IMG/VR virus record: IMGVR_UViG_3300037071_001110
Span: 1 to 59,498 of that record
Source: a virus
Taxonomy: Duplodnaviria > Caudoviricetes
Direction: 5' to 3' (one strand)
Length of the DNA stretch: 59,498 bases
Shown here: piece by piece, positions 29,067 to 38,569 of the stretch
How the letters are laid out: each line of letters opens with the position of its first letter
Numbering within the stretch: position 1 is the first letter of the stretch
Notes under the pieces: generated by a model
The model's input: only the letters and a program-made list of their open reading frames with translations
Databases searched by the model: none
Told to the model about the DNA's origin: nothing
Translations under genes and position numbers: made by a program

Positions 29067-29831
29067 ATGAAAGTGTTCGCAGTCACCGTCCTTTTGGCGC
29101 TGATAGGCGCCGGGGCGGCATTAGCGGGACCGCCACCTGATCACGGTGGCACGCCGTGCGCAAACGGCAACCCGACCGACCTCTGTGACAACAACAAGGT
29201 GGTCGTGACCCAAGAGCCGCCCGGCGAGAACTGTGTCGCCGGTGGCCTCAAGGTCGTCGTCATTCACGGCAAGGTTGACCCTGTCCCTGTCCTTCACGAC
29301 ACAGTGGCGTTCCCCGACGCTGCCCCGCCTCCGACGGGCAGTAAGCCCACGCCTCCCGAGGACCAGCCGGATGAGACGTTCTTCGTCTGCAACGGCATCC
29401 CGGGTCCGCCTGGGCCTGCGGGGCCTCCCGGTCCGCAAGGACCTCCCGGGCCTGCCGGTCCTCCTGGGACAGCAGGTGCCCCGGGTACGCCCTCCAACCC
29501 GATCGTGACCCCGCCGGTCTGCCACTCCTCGACGCGCATTGGCGTTCGCATGTTCCTGCCTCGACGCCTCGGGCTCTTCAACGTCGTCAACCTTCGCATC
29601 CAGAAGAGCAACAGCCCGGTTGTTCGGTTCAACGGGCCTCTGCGGGTCCGCGACACCCGGCCGAGCAGCAAGGTCCAGGGGCGGTTCATCTTCGTCCCGC
29701 TCCGTGACCGCAACTGCGGTTCCTACCTCCTCACAGTCAGCCACGGACCGGCAGCGCAGGTCGAGCCGCTGATCCAGATCTGGCAGATCACGGGCCGGTT
29801 CGGCCTCAAGCGGACGACAATCACAGGGTAG
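29067..29831 (+). CDS. Secreted collagen-like protein
   Basis: Signal peptide MKVFA...ALA, EPPGENC..GG and VCNG motifs, G-X-Y run, basic beta C-terminus. Confidence 0.7.
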   Translation: MKVFAVTVLLALIGAGAALAGPPPDHGGTPCANGNPTDLCDNNKVVVTQEPPGENCVAGGLKVVVIHGKVDPVPVLHDTVAFPDAAPPPTGSKPTPPEDQPDETFFVCNGIPGPPGPAGPPGPQGPPGPAGPPGTAGAPGTPSNPIVTPPVCHSSTRIGVRMFLPRRLGLFNVVNLRIQKSNSPVVRFNGPLRVRDTRPSSKVQGRFIFVPLRDRNCGSYLLTVSHGPAAQVEPLIQIWQITGRFGLKRTTITG

Positions 29832-29836
29832 GTGAT

Positions 29837-30613
29837 ATGAGTACCTACGCCCAGAAGGCTTGTGACATCGCCGAAGGACAAATCGGCATTCACGAGTCGC
29901 CGTGGGGAAGCAACAAGGGTGGCTGCGAGAAGTACCAGAAGCCCTGGGGCTCGTGGATGATCGGCGAGCCCTGGTGCGGAGCGTTCGTTGCCTGGGTTTG
30001 GGAGCAGGCGGATATGGATGGGATGGGTCTTGCCGACCCCTCGACGGCGACAATGTGTAACATCGCCAACAAGGGTCACAAGTGCTCGGCTCGCCCGATG
30101 GCCGCGTTCGTCAATTGCGGCACGCATACCGGCCTGCTCCACACGAACCTCGGGAACAACGTTTGGAAGTGCATCGAGGGGAACTCCAACGATCAGGTTC
30201 GGTGGGTCCAGCGGAACATCGGTGGCTTGACGATCTACGCGCCGCCAGAGATCAAGAACAACAAGCCAATGGAGCCTCCCACCCAGACCTGGTACTACGT
30301 CGAGGATGTCCACCAGCACGGAGTGCGCGAGTTCGGTGGCTGGTCCTCAGCGAAGGGCAGGGATGAGAAGCTCGCGGGCATGGACGACCCGGGGCATTAC
30401 CGGAAGTTCAAGCGCGAGTACCCCTCCAAGAAGTCGCCGTACTTCTTTGAGGACCCCAGCAAGTCCGAGAGGTACTACGGTGGGTGGACTTCCAAGAAGG
30501 GCCGAGACGACTCGCTCAAGGCTCTGGAGGAGCAGTACGACCGAACCATGCGCCCGTTCTCCGTCAACAAGAAGGTGAGCAGCGGCGGTGGCGAACCCGG
30601 CAAGGAAACCTGA
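29837..30613 (+). CDS. Endolysin, CHAP domain with duplicated C-terminal motif
   Basis: PWCGAFV, HTG, IEGN catalytic set; two GGW.S.KGRD repeats. Confidence 0.85.
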   Translation: MSTYAQKACDIAEGQIGIHESPWGSNKGGCEKYQKPWGSWMIGEPWCGAFVAWVWEQADMDGMGLADPSTATMCNIANKGHKCSARPMAAFVNCGTHTGLLHTNLGNNVWKCIEGNSNDQVRWVQRNIGGLTIYAPPEIKNNKPMEPPTQTWYYVEDVHQHGVREFGGWSSAKGRDEKLAGMDDPGHYRKFKREYPSKKSPYFFEDPSKSERYYGGWTSKKGRDDSLKALEEQYDRTMRPFSVNKKVSSGGGEPGKET

Positions 30614-30625
30614 GAGGAGAGCCCT

Positions 30626-30790
30626 ATGGGCGAGGAAGTTGTTGAGGCAGAGAATCCGCAACTCGCGTTCGCAATCATCGATGAGACCGGACAGCCAGTT
30701 GCCGAACCCCTCCCCACCAAGCCCCTCGACATCAGCCCCGAGAGGATGGAGGCACTACAGAAGGAAGCTCAGGAGGCTGAGGAGCGATAG
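30626..30790 (+). CDS. 54-aa acidic hypothetical protein (not in ORF track)
   Basis: GAGGAG RBS, MGEEVVEAENP...EAEER. Confidence 0.5.
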   Translation: MGEEVVEAENPQLAFAIIDETGQPVAEPLPTKPLDISPERMEALQKEAQEAEER

Positions 30791-30937
30791 GCTAGACAAG
30801 GCCCTTCTCTTCATGATCCTGATCGCGGTGACCGGGGTAGCAATCTCCGAAGTTGATGGTCTACGATCTGCCCTGGTGTTCCTATCCATCGCCGGCCTCA
30901 TCTGGGGCGCCTGGCTAGTCATTCCGTAGGAGGAGCA

Positions 30938-31093
30938 GTGGCGGAGAAGGACAAGGAAACGACTGAGGAGTCCACCCGGCTCAGCAAGGCCGAGAAGGAC
31001 GCCCAGCAGGAGAACCTGGACGACGATCAGAAGGAAGCTCTGAAGGCGTACAACGAACGGCAGAAGCAGCTGAAGGAAATCGGCGCCATCTGA
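30938..31093 (+). CDS. 51-aa hypothetical protein (not in ORF track)
   Basis: GGAGGAG RBS, GTG start, TGATG overlap with the HNH gene. Confidence 0.5.
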   Translation: MAEKDKETTEESTRLSKAEKDAQQENLDDDQKEALKAYNERQKQLKEIGAI

Positions 31094-31527
31094 TGACGTT
31101 CGAGCAGCGACTGTGGCGGCGGGTTGGACGAGGAGGAGAGAATGACTGCTGGCCGGTTACGACAGGCCGAGCCGTCATCATGCTCGACGGGAAGAACAGG
31201 AAGATGTCCCACTTCGTCTGCCAGTGGTTCCATGGGGACCCGCCGTCACAATCCTGCATCGTTCTTCATTCGTGCGATAACACCGTCTGCCTAAACTGGC
31301 GTCACCTCTCGTGGGGGACTCACGCGATGAACATGCGAGAGGCGAGCGACCGGGGCAGACTCATCACGAAGCGCCCGATCAGACGGAGACTGACCGCCGA
31401 AGATGTCAAGTTAATCCGCGAGCTATTGGCGGGCGGAACGAGCGGCAGAAGCATAGCCGCTCATTTTGATATCTCGGACAGGATGGTCCGGAAGATCAAA
31501 AACCGAGAGGCCTGGGCACAGGTCTGA
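31093..31527 (+). CDS. HNH endonuclease with C-terminal HTH
   Basis: CW, VLHSCDN..C.N..HL..GT...N; LT..DV..IR HTH. Confidence 0.85.
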   Translation: MTFEQRLWRRVGRGGENDCWPVTTGRAVIMLDGKNRKMSHFVCQWFHGDPPSQSCIVLHSCDNTVCLNWRHLSWGTHAMNMREASDRGRLITKRPIRRRLTAEDVKLIRELLAGGTSGRSIAAHFDISDRMVRKIKNREAWAQV

Positions 31528-31561
31528 CGCAAGGGGCTGATACGGGACAGCCCTGGACAAT

Positions 31562-31599
31562 GAGCGGTCGGGATTCTGAGCCCCCTTGCCCGGCCGCTC
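31562..31599. terminator. Stem-loop at the convergence of the two arms
   Basis: GAGCGGTCGGG...CCCGGCCGCTC. Confidence 0.5.
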
Positions 31600-31706
31600 C
31601 GTCCACTTGCCACCCCAGCAAGCTGCGAAAAAGCCGCTCGTAGCGGACAGGCAGGTCCCCCTAGGGTCGCCGGTGGGCGCCGGATTCCGTTATCAAGCCG
31701 TTTAAC

Positions 31707-31800
31707 CCCCGCCGTAGCGGCCTAGACGGCTGTCCCGGTCCCGGGAGGGCTAGAGCCCCTACCCCTAACTGGAAATCGGTTCTAGGCCGATACGGCGGGG
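31707..31800. repeat. Palindromic element, 20-bp arms with one mismatch
   Basis: CCCCGCCGTAGCGGCCTAGA...TCTAGGCCGATACGGCGGGG. Confidence 0.85.
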
Positions 31801-31804
31801 TCCA

Positions 31805-32146
31805 TCAAGCGGCCTTCCCGCGCTTCAACTTCTTGATCCCGGCCCTTTTGCGGTCGCTCTCGACGTGTTCCCAGATTGTTCGGTGATTCCTGGCCTTATC
31901 GGCAGGGGGTCCCCCGCCGTCACTGGAGAGCTTGCAGTACCCCTCGTATGTCCGGACCTGGAGGTTGTCGACCTCCTCCGGGTCCAAGTGTTGGTAGGGA
32001 TCTCGTTGGGTGTGAGCGGCGAAGGACATCTCATCCTCCTCCCCTGTTGAGGGTCCCTCTACGAAACACAGGTCGCATTGGACGCAGTGCGACCCGCAGT
32101 AGTTGGCGGGGATCTGTCGATCGTCGTACAGGTCCTCACGCGGCAT
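31805..32146 (-). CDS. Cys-rich hypothetical protein
   Basis: MPREDL start after GGAGG; CGSHCVQCDLC. Confidence 0.55.
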   Translation of the reverse strand: MPREDLYDDRQIPANYCGSHCVQCDLCFVEGPSTGEEDEMSFAAHTQRDPYQHLDPEEVDNLQVRTYEGYCKLSSDGGGPPADKARNHRTIWEHVESDRKRAGIKKLKRGKAA

Positions 32147-32384
32147 CGGGGCCGTCCTCCTTGATGGGGTTATCCTCCTTGAACTTTTCTGCCGCATCTT
32201 GGTGCCGTCTGAAGCAGTGGGTGAGGCGGCTCCGAGTCTCTGTCAGGGATGCATTGAGACCGGGGCAACTGAACACTGCCCCGAGTGCCTCAGACCGGAC
32301 CTTGTCGATAGCCGCGATGCATTCAATCAGTGGCGCGATCTGCTTCTCCATCCCTTCGATGGTAGCTCGGATGTCTTCGTTCAT
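32136..32384 (-). CDS. Hypothetical protein
   Basis: MNEDIR start after GAAAGGGA. Confidence 0.55.
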   Translation of the reverse strand: MNEDIRATIEGMEKQIAPLIECIAAIDKVRSEALGAVFSCPGLNASLTETRSRLTHCFRRHQDAAEKFKEDNPIKEDGPDAA

Positions 32385-32531
32385 TTTGTCCCTTTCATGA
32401 GAAAGGCCGAGCCTGGGAGCCTCAGGTGGAAGGGAAAGGGCATAACCCTCCAGCAACTGATAGCTTTAACCCAGGCCCGGCCGACCACGAGGCGGTGGTA
32501 CCCCCGTGGACCTGTACCCGCCTCGCTCCGG

Positions 32532-32560
32532 ACGATACCGGAGTTCAACGGGAAAGTCTA
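32532..32560 (-). promoter_or_regulatory. SigA-like promoter
   Basis: TAGACT-N17-TATCGT on -. Confidence 0.7.
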
Positions 32561-33499
32561 GTCCTTCATTTCCTCACGAGGGGGCCAATTCCACTCTGGG
32601 TCCCTCTCGCGGAACTTCTTGTTGATCGCCTCCTCTAGCTCCATGTCGGCGATGCGGTGATTGAGACGAATGATCTTCTGCTGTTGACTTCTGACGAGGT
32701 ACCAAAGGTACCCGAGAGCGCCAATCACGAGGATCGAGAGAATGAACGCGGTTGTAGTCAATGCGTATGCTTGAACTCCATGATGTCTTTGACGGCCTCA
32801 TTCGCGATCGACCATGCCGCGTACGAGGAGTTGCACCCCTTGTGATTGCAACTCTCGAAGTTCAGGCAGACCTTGCCCTCGTGTTCATCAATTGAGGAGA
32901 GGGCAGCCATCATCCGGTTGTTCTCCCAGATGAGGGCGCGGACGTACGGGACCCACGGTTCGTGCTGCCGCTCCTCTAGGATCTTCATGAGGGCGGTCGT
33001 TGGCAACTCCTCAGGCTGGGCATCCTTGCCCAACCGCTGGATCTTGCGAGAACTCACTTGGAGGGCTTCTCTCCGTACAACGCCACCCGCTCAGCCTGGA
33101 GTCGTCCGACCGCTCGCCTCGCGGCAGCCTTCTGGTGCGACGTCAGAAGCGGAAATGGCTTCTCCTCGATGATCAGTACAGCGAGCGTCTCGCGCTCAAA
33201 GTCTGAGAGGGTGTACGGACCCTCGACCACCCATCTGGTAGTCATGACCGAGGCGATGGCTCGTCGCCGTACATGACGTCGTCCAGGTGGGTAAACACCG
33301 GCCGCTCAACGTAGTCGTTGAGGTGGCGACGGATGTTCGTTCCCAGGTGGGTGGCCTCGCGGCGCTCCTGTCCGTCGCCGAAGGCGGCCAGCGCGTCCAC
33401 GATCATCCTCCAGGCTCCCACCGTCAAAGGCGGGTGCATGAGAACGAGGCGCGGGTCCTCATACTCGTCCGGAGCCTTATCGAACATGTTGGAAGGCAA
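32558..33499 (-). CDS. Four coupled small hypothetical genes (33242-33499, 33054-33245, 32758-33057, 32558-32761 with a TM segment)
   Basis: Consecutive 4-nt start/stop overlaps. Confidence 0.6.
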
Positions 33500-33645
33500 T
33501 TGTCCTCCTAGCCCTTTTTCAGATAGTTGTCGGAGCGAGGAGGGTCAGCGTTCGGTTCAACCCACTGGTGGGAAAGAAAGCACCGGCGGGCCGACACCTG
33601 CCTTTCGGTACAGATGACGCTCCCGTCCCCCGCTCCGACCTACCT

Positions 33646-33674
33646 ATCTTAGCGAACCGCAATACGAGAGTCTA
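33646..33674 (-). promoter_or_regulatory. SigA-like promoter
   Basis: TAGACT-N17-TAAGAT on -. Confidence 0.7.
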
Positions 33675-33917
33675 GGACTGCGGCCTAAGTCTATCCCATC
33701 TGCCTTTCAGGTGGTGCCGAGCGTGACAACTATTGTGAGATGACGCGAGGTTCTCCTCGCTGTTGTCGAAGTGATTGTGATTGCGGTGATGGATAGTTAG
33801 GCCGTCCAACTTCTTCGTAGTCCACCAAATCTCCCCTCCACAGAACTCGCAGATCCATGGAGGGGAGGGGTGGAAGCCGAAGAACGCTATGCGGTGTTCA
33901 AGTTGTCTTTTTGCCAA
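33672..33917 (-). CDS. Small HNH protein
   Basis: CEFCG, IHHRNHNHFDN..ENL...H.SCH..HH. Confidence 0.75.
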   Translation of the reverse strand: MAKRQLEHRIAFFGFHPSPPWICEFCGGEIWWTTKKLDGLTIHHRNHNHFDNSEENLASSHNSCHARHHLKGRWDRLRPQS

Positions 33918-34803
33918 TCTCGTGATGCTCCGAGCGGAAGGTTCGGTTGTCCTCTCGCGCCCACCTGAACGGGCAGAACCCCTCGACCTTTTCCCATCCC
34001 TGGAAGGTGCACTTGTGCCCGCCGTACTCCTCGGGGCCAGAGGTCGTCTCGCAGGAAATCTTGATGTACCGCTCTAGCCAGGGGTACTGCTCGGACAGGA
34101 TCGTTCCCATCCGTCGGAACACGTCTCTGATCTCCCACTGGAAGAGCGAGCAGGCGCGGTAGGCGTAGACAGCTAGGAACTCCCGCACCGGGTACTCGCA
34201 CATGATGAAGGTCGTAGTGCCTTCCGGCAGAATGAACCGCGCGTCCTGGTACGCGATGTCCTCCTCGACCGCCATCTGGTAGGCGCGGTGGCACTGGTAG
34301 ATGGCCTCGAACCACTGGCGCCGGAGATTTGGCGTTCCCCGGTAGACGGACTCTGGCATCCGGCACTCGGGCCAACTGCCCATATCCGAGGCTCGCTGGC
34401 TCTGCTGGTGGAAGGCGGCGCGTCGGCTCCGGACCAGCTGGTGAGTACAGGTCCGGCTAACGCCAGATACGGCGAACACTACCACCTGGGTCTCTAGGGC
34501 AGTCTGTAGACCGCCCTTGAGCATTTCCTCCCAGTCGTCGCCGTAGTCGGGCAGTCCGTCGCTGAGATCGACGCCCTTGGTCGCGCGGACCGCCATTGAG
34601 AGCGTCCGCTTGAAGGCTTCCTCGTCAATCCCTTGGACTAGCTCGATCAACACGCCGTCGTTCCCGACCTGGACCATATTGTTGTCCAGAGGGGACTTGT
34701 GATCGTGAAGTTGGAACGACCGCTTGTTGAACGGCCCGTCCCCGAGCAGCGGGTCGTAGAACCCGCCCATCTCAAAGGCGTCCCTGCTAGTTGGCTGTTC
34801 CAT
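33898..34803 (-). CDS. thyX: Flavin-dependent thymidylate synthase (ThyX)-like protein, divergent motif
   Basis: GVSR..THQLVRSR-x7-SQR, DARFILP, QWEIR. Confidence 0.8.
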   Translation of the reverse strand: MEQPTSRDAFEMGGFYDPLLGDGPFNKRSFQLHDHKSPLDNNMVQVGNDGVLIELVQGIDEEAFKRTLSMAVRATKGVDLSDGLPDYGDDWEEMLKGGLQTALETQVVVFAVSGVSRTCTHQLVRSRRAAFHQQSQRASDMGSWPECRMPESVYRGTPNLRRQWFEAIYQCHRAYQMAVEEDIAYQDARFILPEGTTTFIMCEYPVREFLAVYAYRACSLFQWEIRDVFRRMGTILSEQYPWLERYIKISCETTSGPEEYGGHKCTFQGWEKVEGFCPFRWAREDNRTFRSEHHEIGKKTT

Positions 34804-34998
34804 TCACAACCTTCTTTCGTATCCGCATCGTCGACACGTTTTGCCAGTTCCGTCCTTCCGGATCCACCACCCCTGATCGTGAGGACAGGCCCAGGCTATG
34901 ATCTTGCCGGTTCCGTCGCACATCTCACAGTCCCATTGGTAGGCTTCGTCTTCCATCTGTCCGGTACCCCGGCAATTGTGACAGTCGATTCTCTTCAT
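34804..34998 (-). CDS. Small CxxCxGxG zinc-finger protein
   Basis: CHNCRGTG...CEMCDGTG. Confidence 0.6.
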   Translation of the reverse strand: MKRIDCHNCRGTGQMEDEAYQWDCEMCDGTGKIIAWACPHDQGWWIRKDGTGKTCRRCGYERRL

Positions 34999-37900
34999 CA
35001 GTCCTCTAGGTCCAGGACCCAGAAGCGGTGGACATTGACTGCCCGCGCGTTTCTGTAGCCCGGCTTCGTCCCCATGATGAGGATAGGGTCGGTCCCGAGT
35101 TCAAGTCCCCATAGAGCATCCTTCATTCGGGGGTAGGACCAACGGTTGATATAGAAGCTCACTATCTCGCTGCCATCCGTTCCCGTAAGAATCATCCACT
35201 CATTTAGGTGAGGGTCCTTTACCTGTTCAGGGTCAAGCTCTACCCCTGTACGGGCGCGGTTGATCTCGTAGATGTCCCTAAGGTTGCGGTGCAGCCCGAT
35301 CCCAAGCCACACAACCTTAGTGTTCTCCCCGCGTTCATAGGGAACCTGTTCGGACGTGTGGGTGGGATAGGGTAGGGCTAGTCTACGGATCGCGGTTTTG
35401 GAAGTCGAGAGGAGCAGATCGAGAGTGTCCAGTCCGAACGGATCATCGCTCGTCGCAAACTCCTCAATCTTCTCATAGGTCTTTGGACCGATCCCCTTAA
35501 TGCCCATCAGTTGGCTCCAGCGGGTGAACCCTGCCGCGTCTCGGGCAGTGACGATCTGATTCGCCATCTTGTCCCCGATCCCGGGAACTTGGCTGAAGCC
35601 AGCCCTAATCCTCCCAGGCTTCCCCCTCTCCCATGTCACTCCAGAGCGTTTGATAGAAGGTGGTTGAATCTGGATATCGCGGAGCCTCGCGTCGCGCATC
35701 AGGTTTGTGTGACGATCGACCTTGATCTTTCCGCCCATCCCGGAGGTCTGCCCGCGAGGCATCTTTGCGAGAGCGGCGGCGTAGAATGCTTCCGGCTGAT
35801 GAACCCTGAACCACTGCGACCAGTACCCAAGCATCGAGTAGCTCACGCAATGTGCGTAGTTGAAGGCGTAGGACCCTGATGTAATGCACAGGCCCCAGAC
35901 GGCTTTGGCCTCCTCCTCGCTCATTCCGTGGGACTTTGCGCCTTCCCAGAAGGTGGTCCACTGCCTGTTGAACTCGGCGTCTCCGAGTTTGCGGCTGATG
36001 ATACGGCGGATGTATGCTGCGTGGGTCCACGAGAACTTTCCAATCTCTCGGACGATTCTGAGGATCTGCTCCTGGTAGATCACTTGGTACTTCGTGTGAT
36101 GTGTGATCCCCTCTAGGAGCGGGTGCTGAACCTCGGGCTTCTTCAACCCCCGTTTAATGTCGATGTACTCGGAGGAGGCTCCGTTGTGGAGAGGCCCGGG
36201 GCGGCTAAGAGCATTGACATCACAAAGTTCATTGAAGTCGTCGGGTCGAAGGGCACCGTTAACGGATCGCATCGAACGTCCCTCGAACTGGAAGATCCCT
36301 GTGACCTCGTTTTTGCGAAACGCGTCAATAACGAGGGGGTCATCCAAGGGGATGTCGTATAGATCGCTAACTGCCATATCCACCTGGCGACATGCCTCTG
36401 CGAGCATCGTGACGGTTGAAAGACCCAAGAAGTCCAGCTTGAGTAGACCTTGCCGTTCGGCATCGTATTTGTCCATCGATACCACAGTCCGACGTTCTCC
36501 ATTGATCTCCCTCTCCAGCACGGCAGTAACGTCGGTGATCGGTCCGTTCGACACGACCAGTCCGGCAGCGTGTACGCCAAACCCCTTGACGTTACCCTCT
36601 AGCTCCATCGCCTTGGCGAGCGACGGGTACTCCTCAAAGACCTCGCGGGCGTTGGGGAAATACTCGACGGTGTCCATGATGGTCGCGCTCGCTCGCAGGT
36701 CGCCGGAGGACCGCTCAATGAGCATGTCCTTGATCTCCTCGACCTTGAACTTCGGGATCTTGTGAACCCGAGCGATGTCGTCTAGCGCGAGCTTCGCTTT
36801 GTAGGTGGTGAAGGTCCCGATGTTGTTGACGCATTCTGCCCCATACTTCGATACAAGGTAGTCGCGGACCTCACCGCGTCTCTCGCTATCAAAGTCGAGG
36901 TCAATGTCCGGGAGGTCTTCACGCGTGACGTCAATGAAACGCTCAAAGACCAGGTTCGGGAACAGAAGCGGATTGACTTCCGTGATGCGTAGTAGGTAAC
37001 ATATAAGAGAGGCCGCTGCTGAACCTCTAGCCGGTCCAACCGCGATTTGATGATTCTTAGCCCATCTGACAGCGTCGGACACGACGAGGAAGTAGTCAAC
37101 GAAGTCCTTGGTGGTGATGATTCGTCGTTCCTTCTTGAGCTGTCGTCTGGCCTCTCGCTTCTGCTCGGAGGAGAGTCTGTCGAATCCACGGTAATGCCAC
37201 CCCCTTTCGATCCATTGGTCGAATAGTGCTTCGGAGTCTTTGGTCGGGTACCTGATCTGCGGCAGCTTCGGGAGCGCCACTGTACAATCTTGTGCTATCG
37301 CCTCAGTGTTAAGAATCGCTTCAACAGCTTGGCGATGAGTAAGACCAGTCCGACGTAGGCGACGATAGATAGCACGATCACTAGCAGGAGGAGCCAGAGC
37401 GGCATGGTATCCCCAGTCGCGTGCCTGATCCTCCAACGACTGCTTTCCGCCGCCTCGGACATTGTGAAGGATTTGCTGCATTTCACGTTCACTAACATCG
37501 GTGTAGTGAACGTCTAAAGTGGCCACGAGTGGGATGCCAAGTTCTCTGGCGATCCTCGCAAGCTGAGGATTAGCTCGACACGTCGCTTCAAGTTCTGGGA
37601 ATGCTTGGACCTCAATGAAGTACGAACCATTAAGGCTGTCCCGGAATCGTCTAGCAACTGACTTTGCGCGAGTGTAACTTGCATCTGCGGGTGCAATGTT
37701 TTTGCCGCCCATAAGCGAAGTGAATAGGAGCGACCCTTGGCATCCGCTGAGAACGACCAACCCCTGGTGGTGGTCAGCAAGCATCCGGCCACTTGCAGTC
37801 GGCTCATAATAGAATCCTTCTGAGTATGTCCGGGATACAAGCTGGAGTAGATTTCTGTACCCTCGTTGATCCCTAGCCAGGATAGTGAGATGGTTCTTCC

Positions 37901-38273
37901 TCTGAGTACGCCTTTCCTCATCAACGTCTCCTGTGTAGAGTTCCACCCCATAGATAGGCTTCACCCCGTGCTTCTCTGCTGCCTTCTCTAGCCTGACGTG
38001 TGAGGCTACGTTCCCATGCTCCGTAAGCGCGAGCGCCGACATGTTCAGTTCTTCGATCTTCGTCACGTGCGCTTCGGGTAGCTGGAACCCGTCAAGATAG
38101 GAAAATGTGCTGTGGTGATGCAATGAAACGAAATGTTGCCGTGTCCGGTTATGCTTCCGTGATCTGTGCCGAACAACCAGGGGTACGTCCGCATGTTTGA
38201 ACGTCCGGAATGACGAGTCATCCAGATTATGGGCGCTCAGTGCGCGCTTATGCGGAAGTCCCGCCGGACTCAT
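34998..38273 (-). CDS. dnaE: DNA polymerase III alpha subunit (DnaE-type)
   Basis: PHP motif HHHSTFSYLDG, GPARGSAAAS, FERF, PDIDLDFD, HAAG, KLDFLGL, YAFN.AH. Confidence 0.95.
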   Translation of the reverse strand: MSPAGLPHKRALSAHNLDDSSFRTFKHADVPLVVRHRSRKHNRTRQHFVSLHHHSTFSYLDGFQLPEAHVTKIEELNMSALALTEHGNVASHVRLEKAAEKHGVKPIYGVELYTGDVDEERRTQRKNHLTILARDQRGYRNLLQLVSRTYSEGFYYEPTASGRMLADHHQGLVVLSGCQGSLLFTSLMGGKNIAPADASYTRAKSVARRFRDSLNGSYFIEVQAFPELEATCRANPQLARIARELGIPLVATLDVHYTDVSEREMQQILHNVRGGGKQSLEDQARDWGYHAALAPPASDRAIYRRLRRTGLTHRQAVEAILNTEAIAQDCTVALPKLPQIRYPTKDSEALFDQWIERGWHYRGFDRLSSEQKREARRQLKKERRIITTKDFVDYFLVVSDAVRWAKNHQIAVGPARGSAAASLICYLLRITEVNPLLFPNLVFERFIDVTREDLPDIDLDFDSERRGEVRDYLVSKYGAECVNNIGTFTTYKAKLALDDIARVHKIPKFKVEEIKDMLIERSSGDLRASATIMDTVEYFPNAREVFEEYPSLAKAMELEGNVKGFGVHAAGLVVSNGPITDVTAVLEREINGERRTVVSMDKYDAERQGLLKLDFLGLSTVTMLAEACRQVDMAVSDLYDIPLDDPLVIDAFRKNEVTGIFQFEGRSMRSVNGALRPDDFNELCDVNALSRPGPLHNGASSEYIDIKRGLKKPEVQHPLLEGITHHTKYQVIYQEQILRIVREIGKFSWTHAAYIRRIISRKLGDAEFNRQWTTFWEGAKSHGMSEEEAKAVWGLCITSGSYAFNYAHCVSYSMLGYWSQWFRVHQPEAFYAAALAKMPRGQTSGMGGKIKVDRHTNLMRDARLRDIQIQPPSIKRSGVTWERGKPGRIRAGFSQVPGIGDKMANQIVTARDAAGFTRWSQLMGIKGIGPKTYEKIEEFATSDDPFGLDTLDLLLSTSKTAIRRLALPYPTHTSEQVPYERGENTKVVWLGIGLHRNLRDIYEINRARTGVELDPEQVKDPHLNEWMILTGTDGSEIVSFYINRWSYPRMKDALWGLELGTDPILIMGTKPGYRNARAVNVHRFWVLDLED

Positions 38274-38569
38274 TCCATGGCCTCCAACCGGCGGACCAGG
38301 AACGCCGAGTAGTTGATCAAGTCGAGCGCGTTGTCGATCGCGGCCTCCGTGTTCCCGGTCTCAGCGGCAGCCTTGACCCTTGCTGCCTTCGATGTGATAT
38401 GGAGAAGTGCATCCTCCAAGGGATACTCTGCCCACGCGTCTCCGTAGGTGTTGTACCTCTCCAGGTAAATCCCCCAAGCCTTATCGAACACGTCGCTGTG
38501 AGTATCGAGGGCAGCGACCTTGCGCATTTCCGCTAGCTGGTCCTCGCTATACTGTGGCGTATCGGGCAC
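38270..38569 (-). CDS. Nmad1/DUF1599-like all-alpha (MazG-like) protein
   Basis: R...YGDAW...K..R...D..LDLINYS. Confidence 0.7.
   Translation of the reverse strand: MPDTPQYSEDQLAEMRKVAALDTHSDVFDKAWGIYLERYNTYGDAWAEYPLEDALLHITSKAARVKAAAETGNTEAAIDNALDLINYSAFLVRRLEAME

Noticed and set aside
34998-38273. Intein or intron in DnaE or terminase
   Set aside because: Lengths are normal, and no intein terminal motifs or frame breaks were seen
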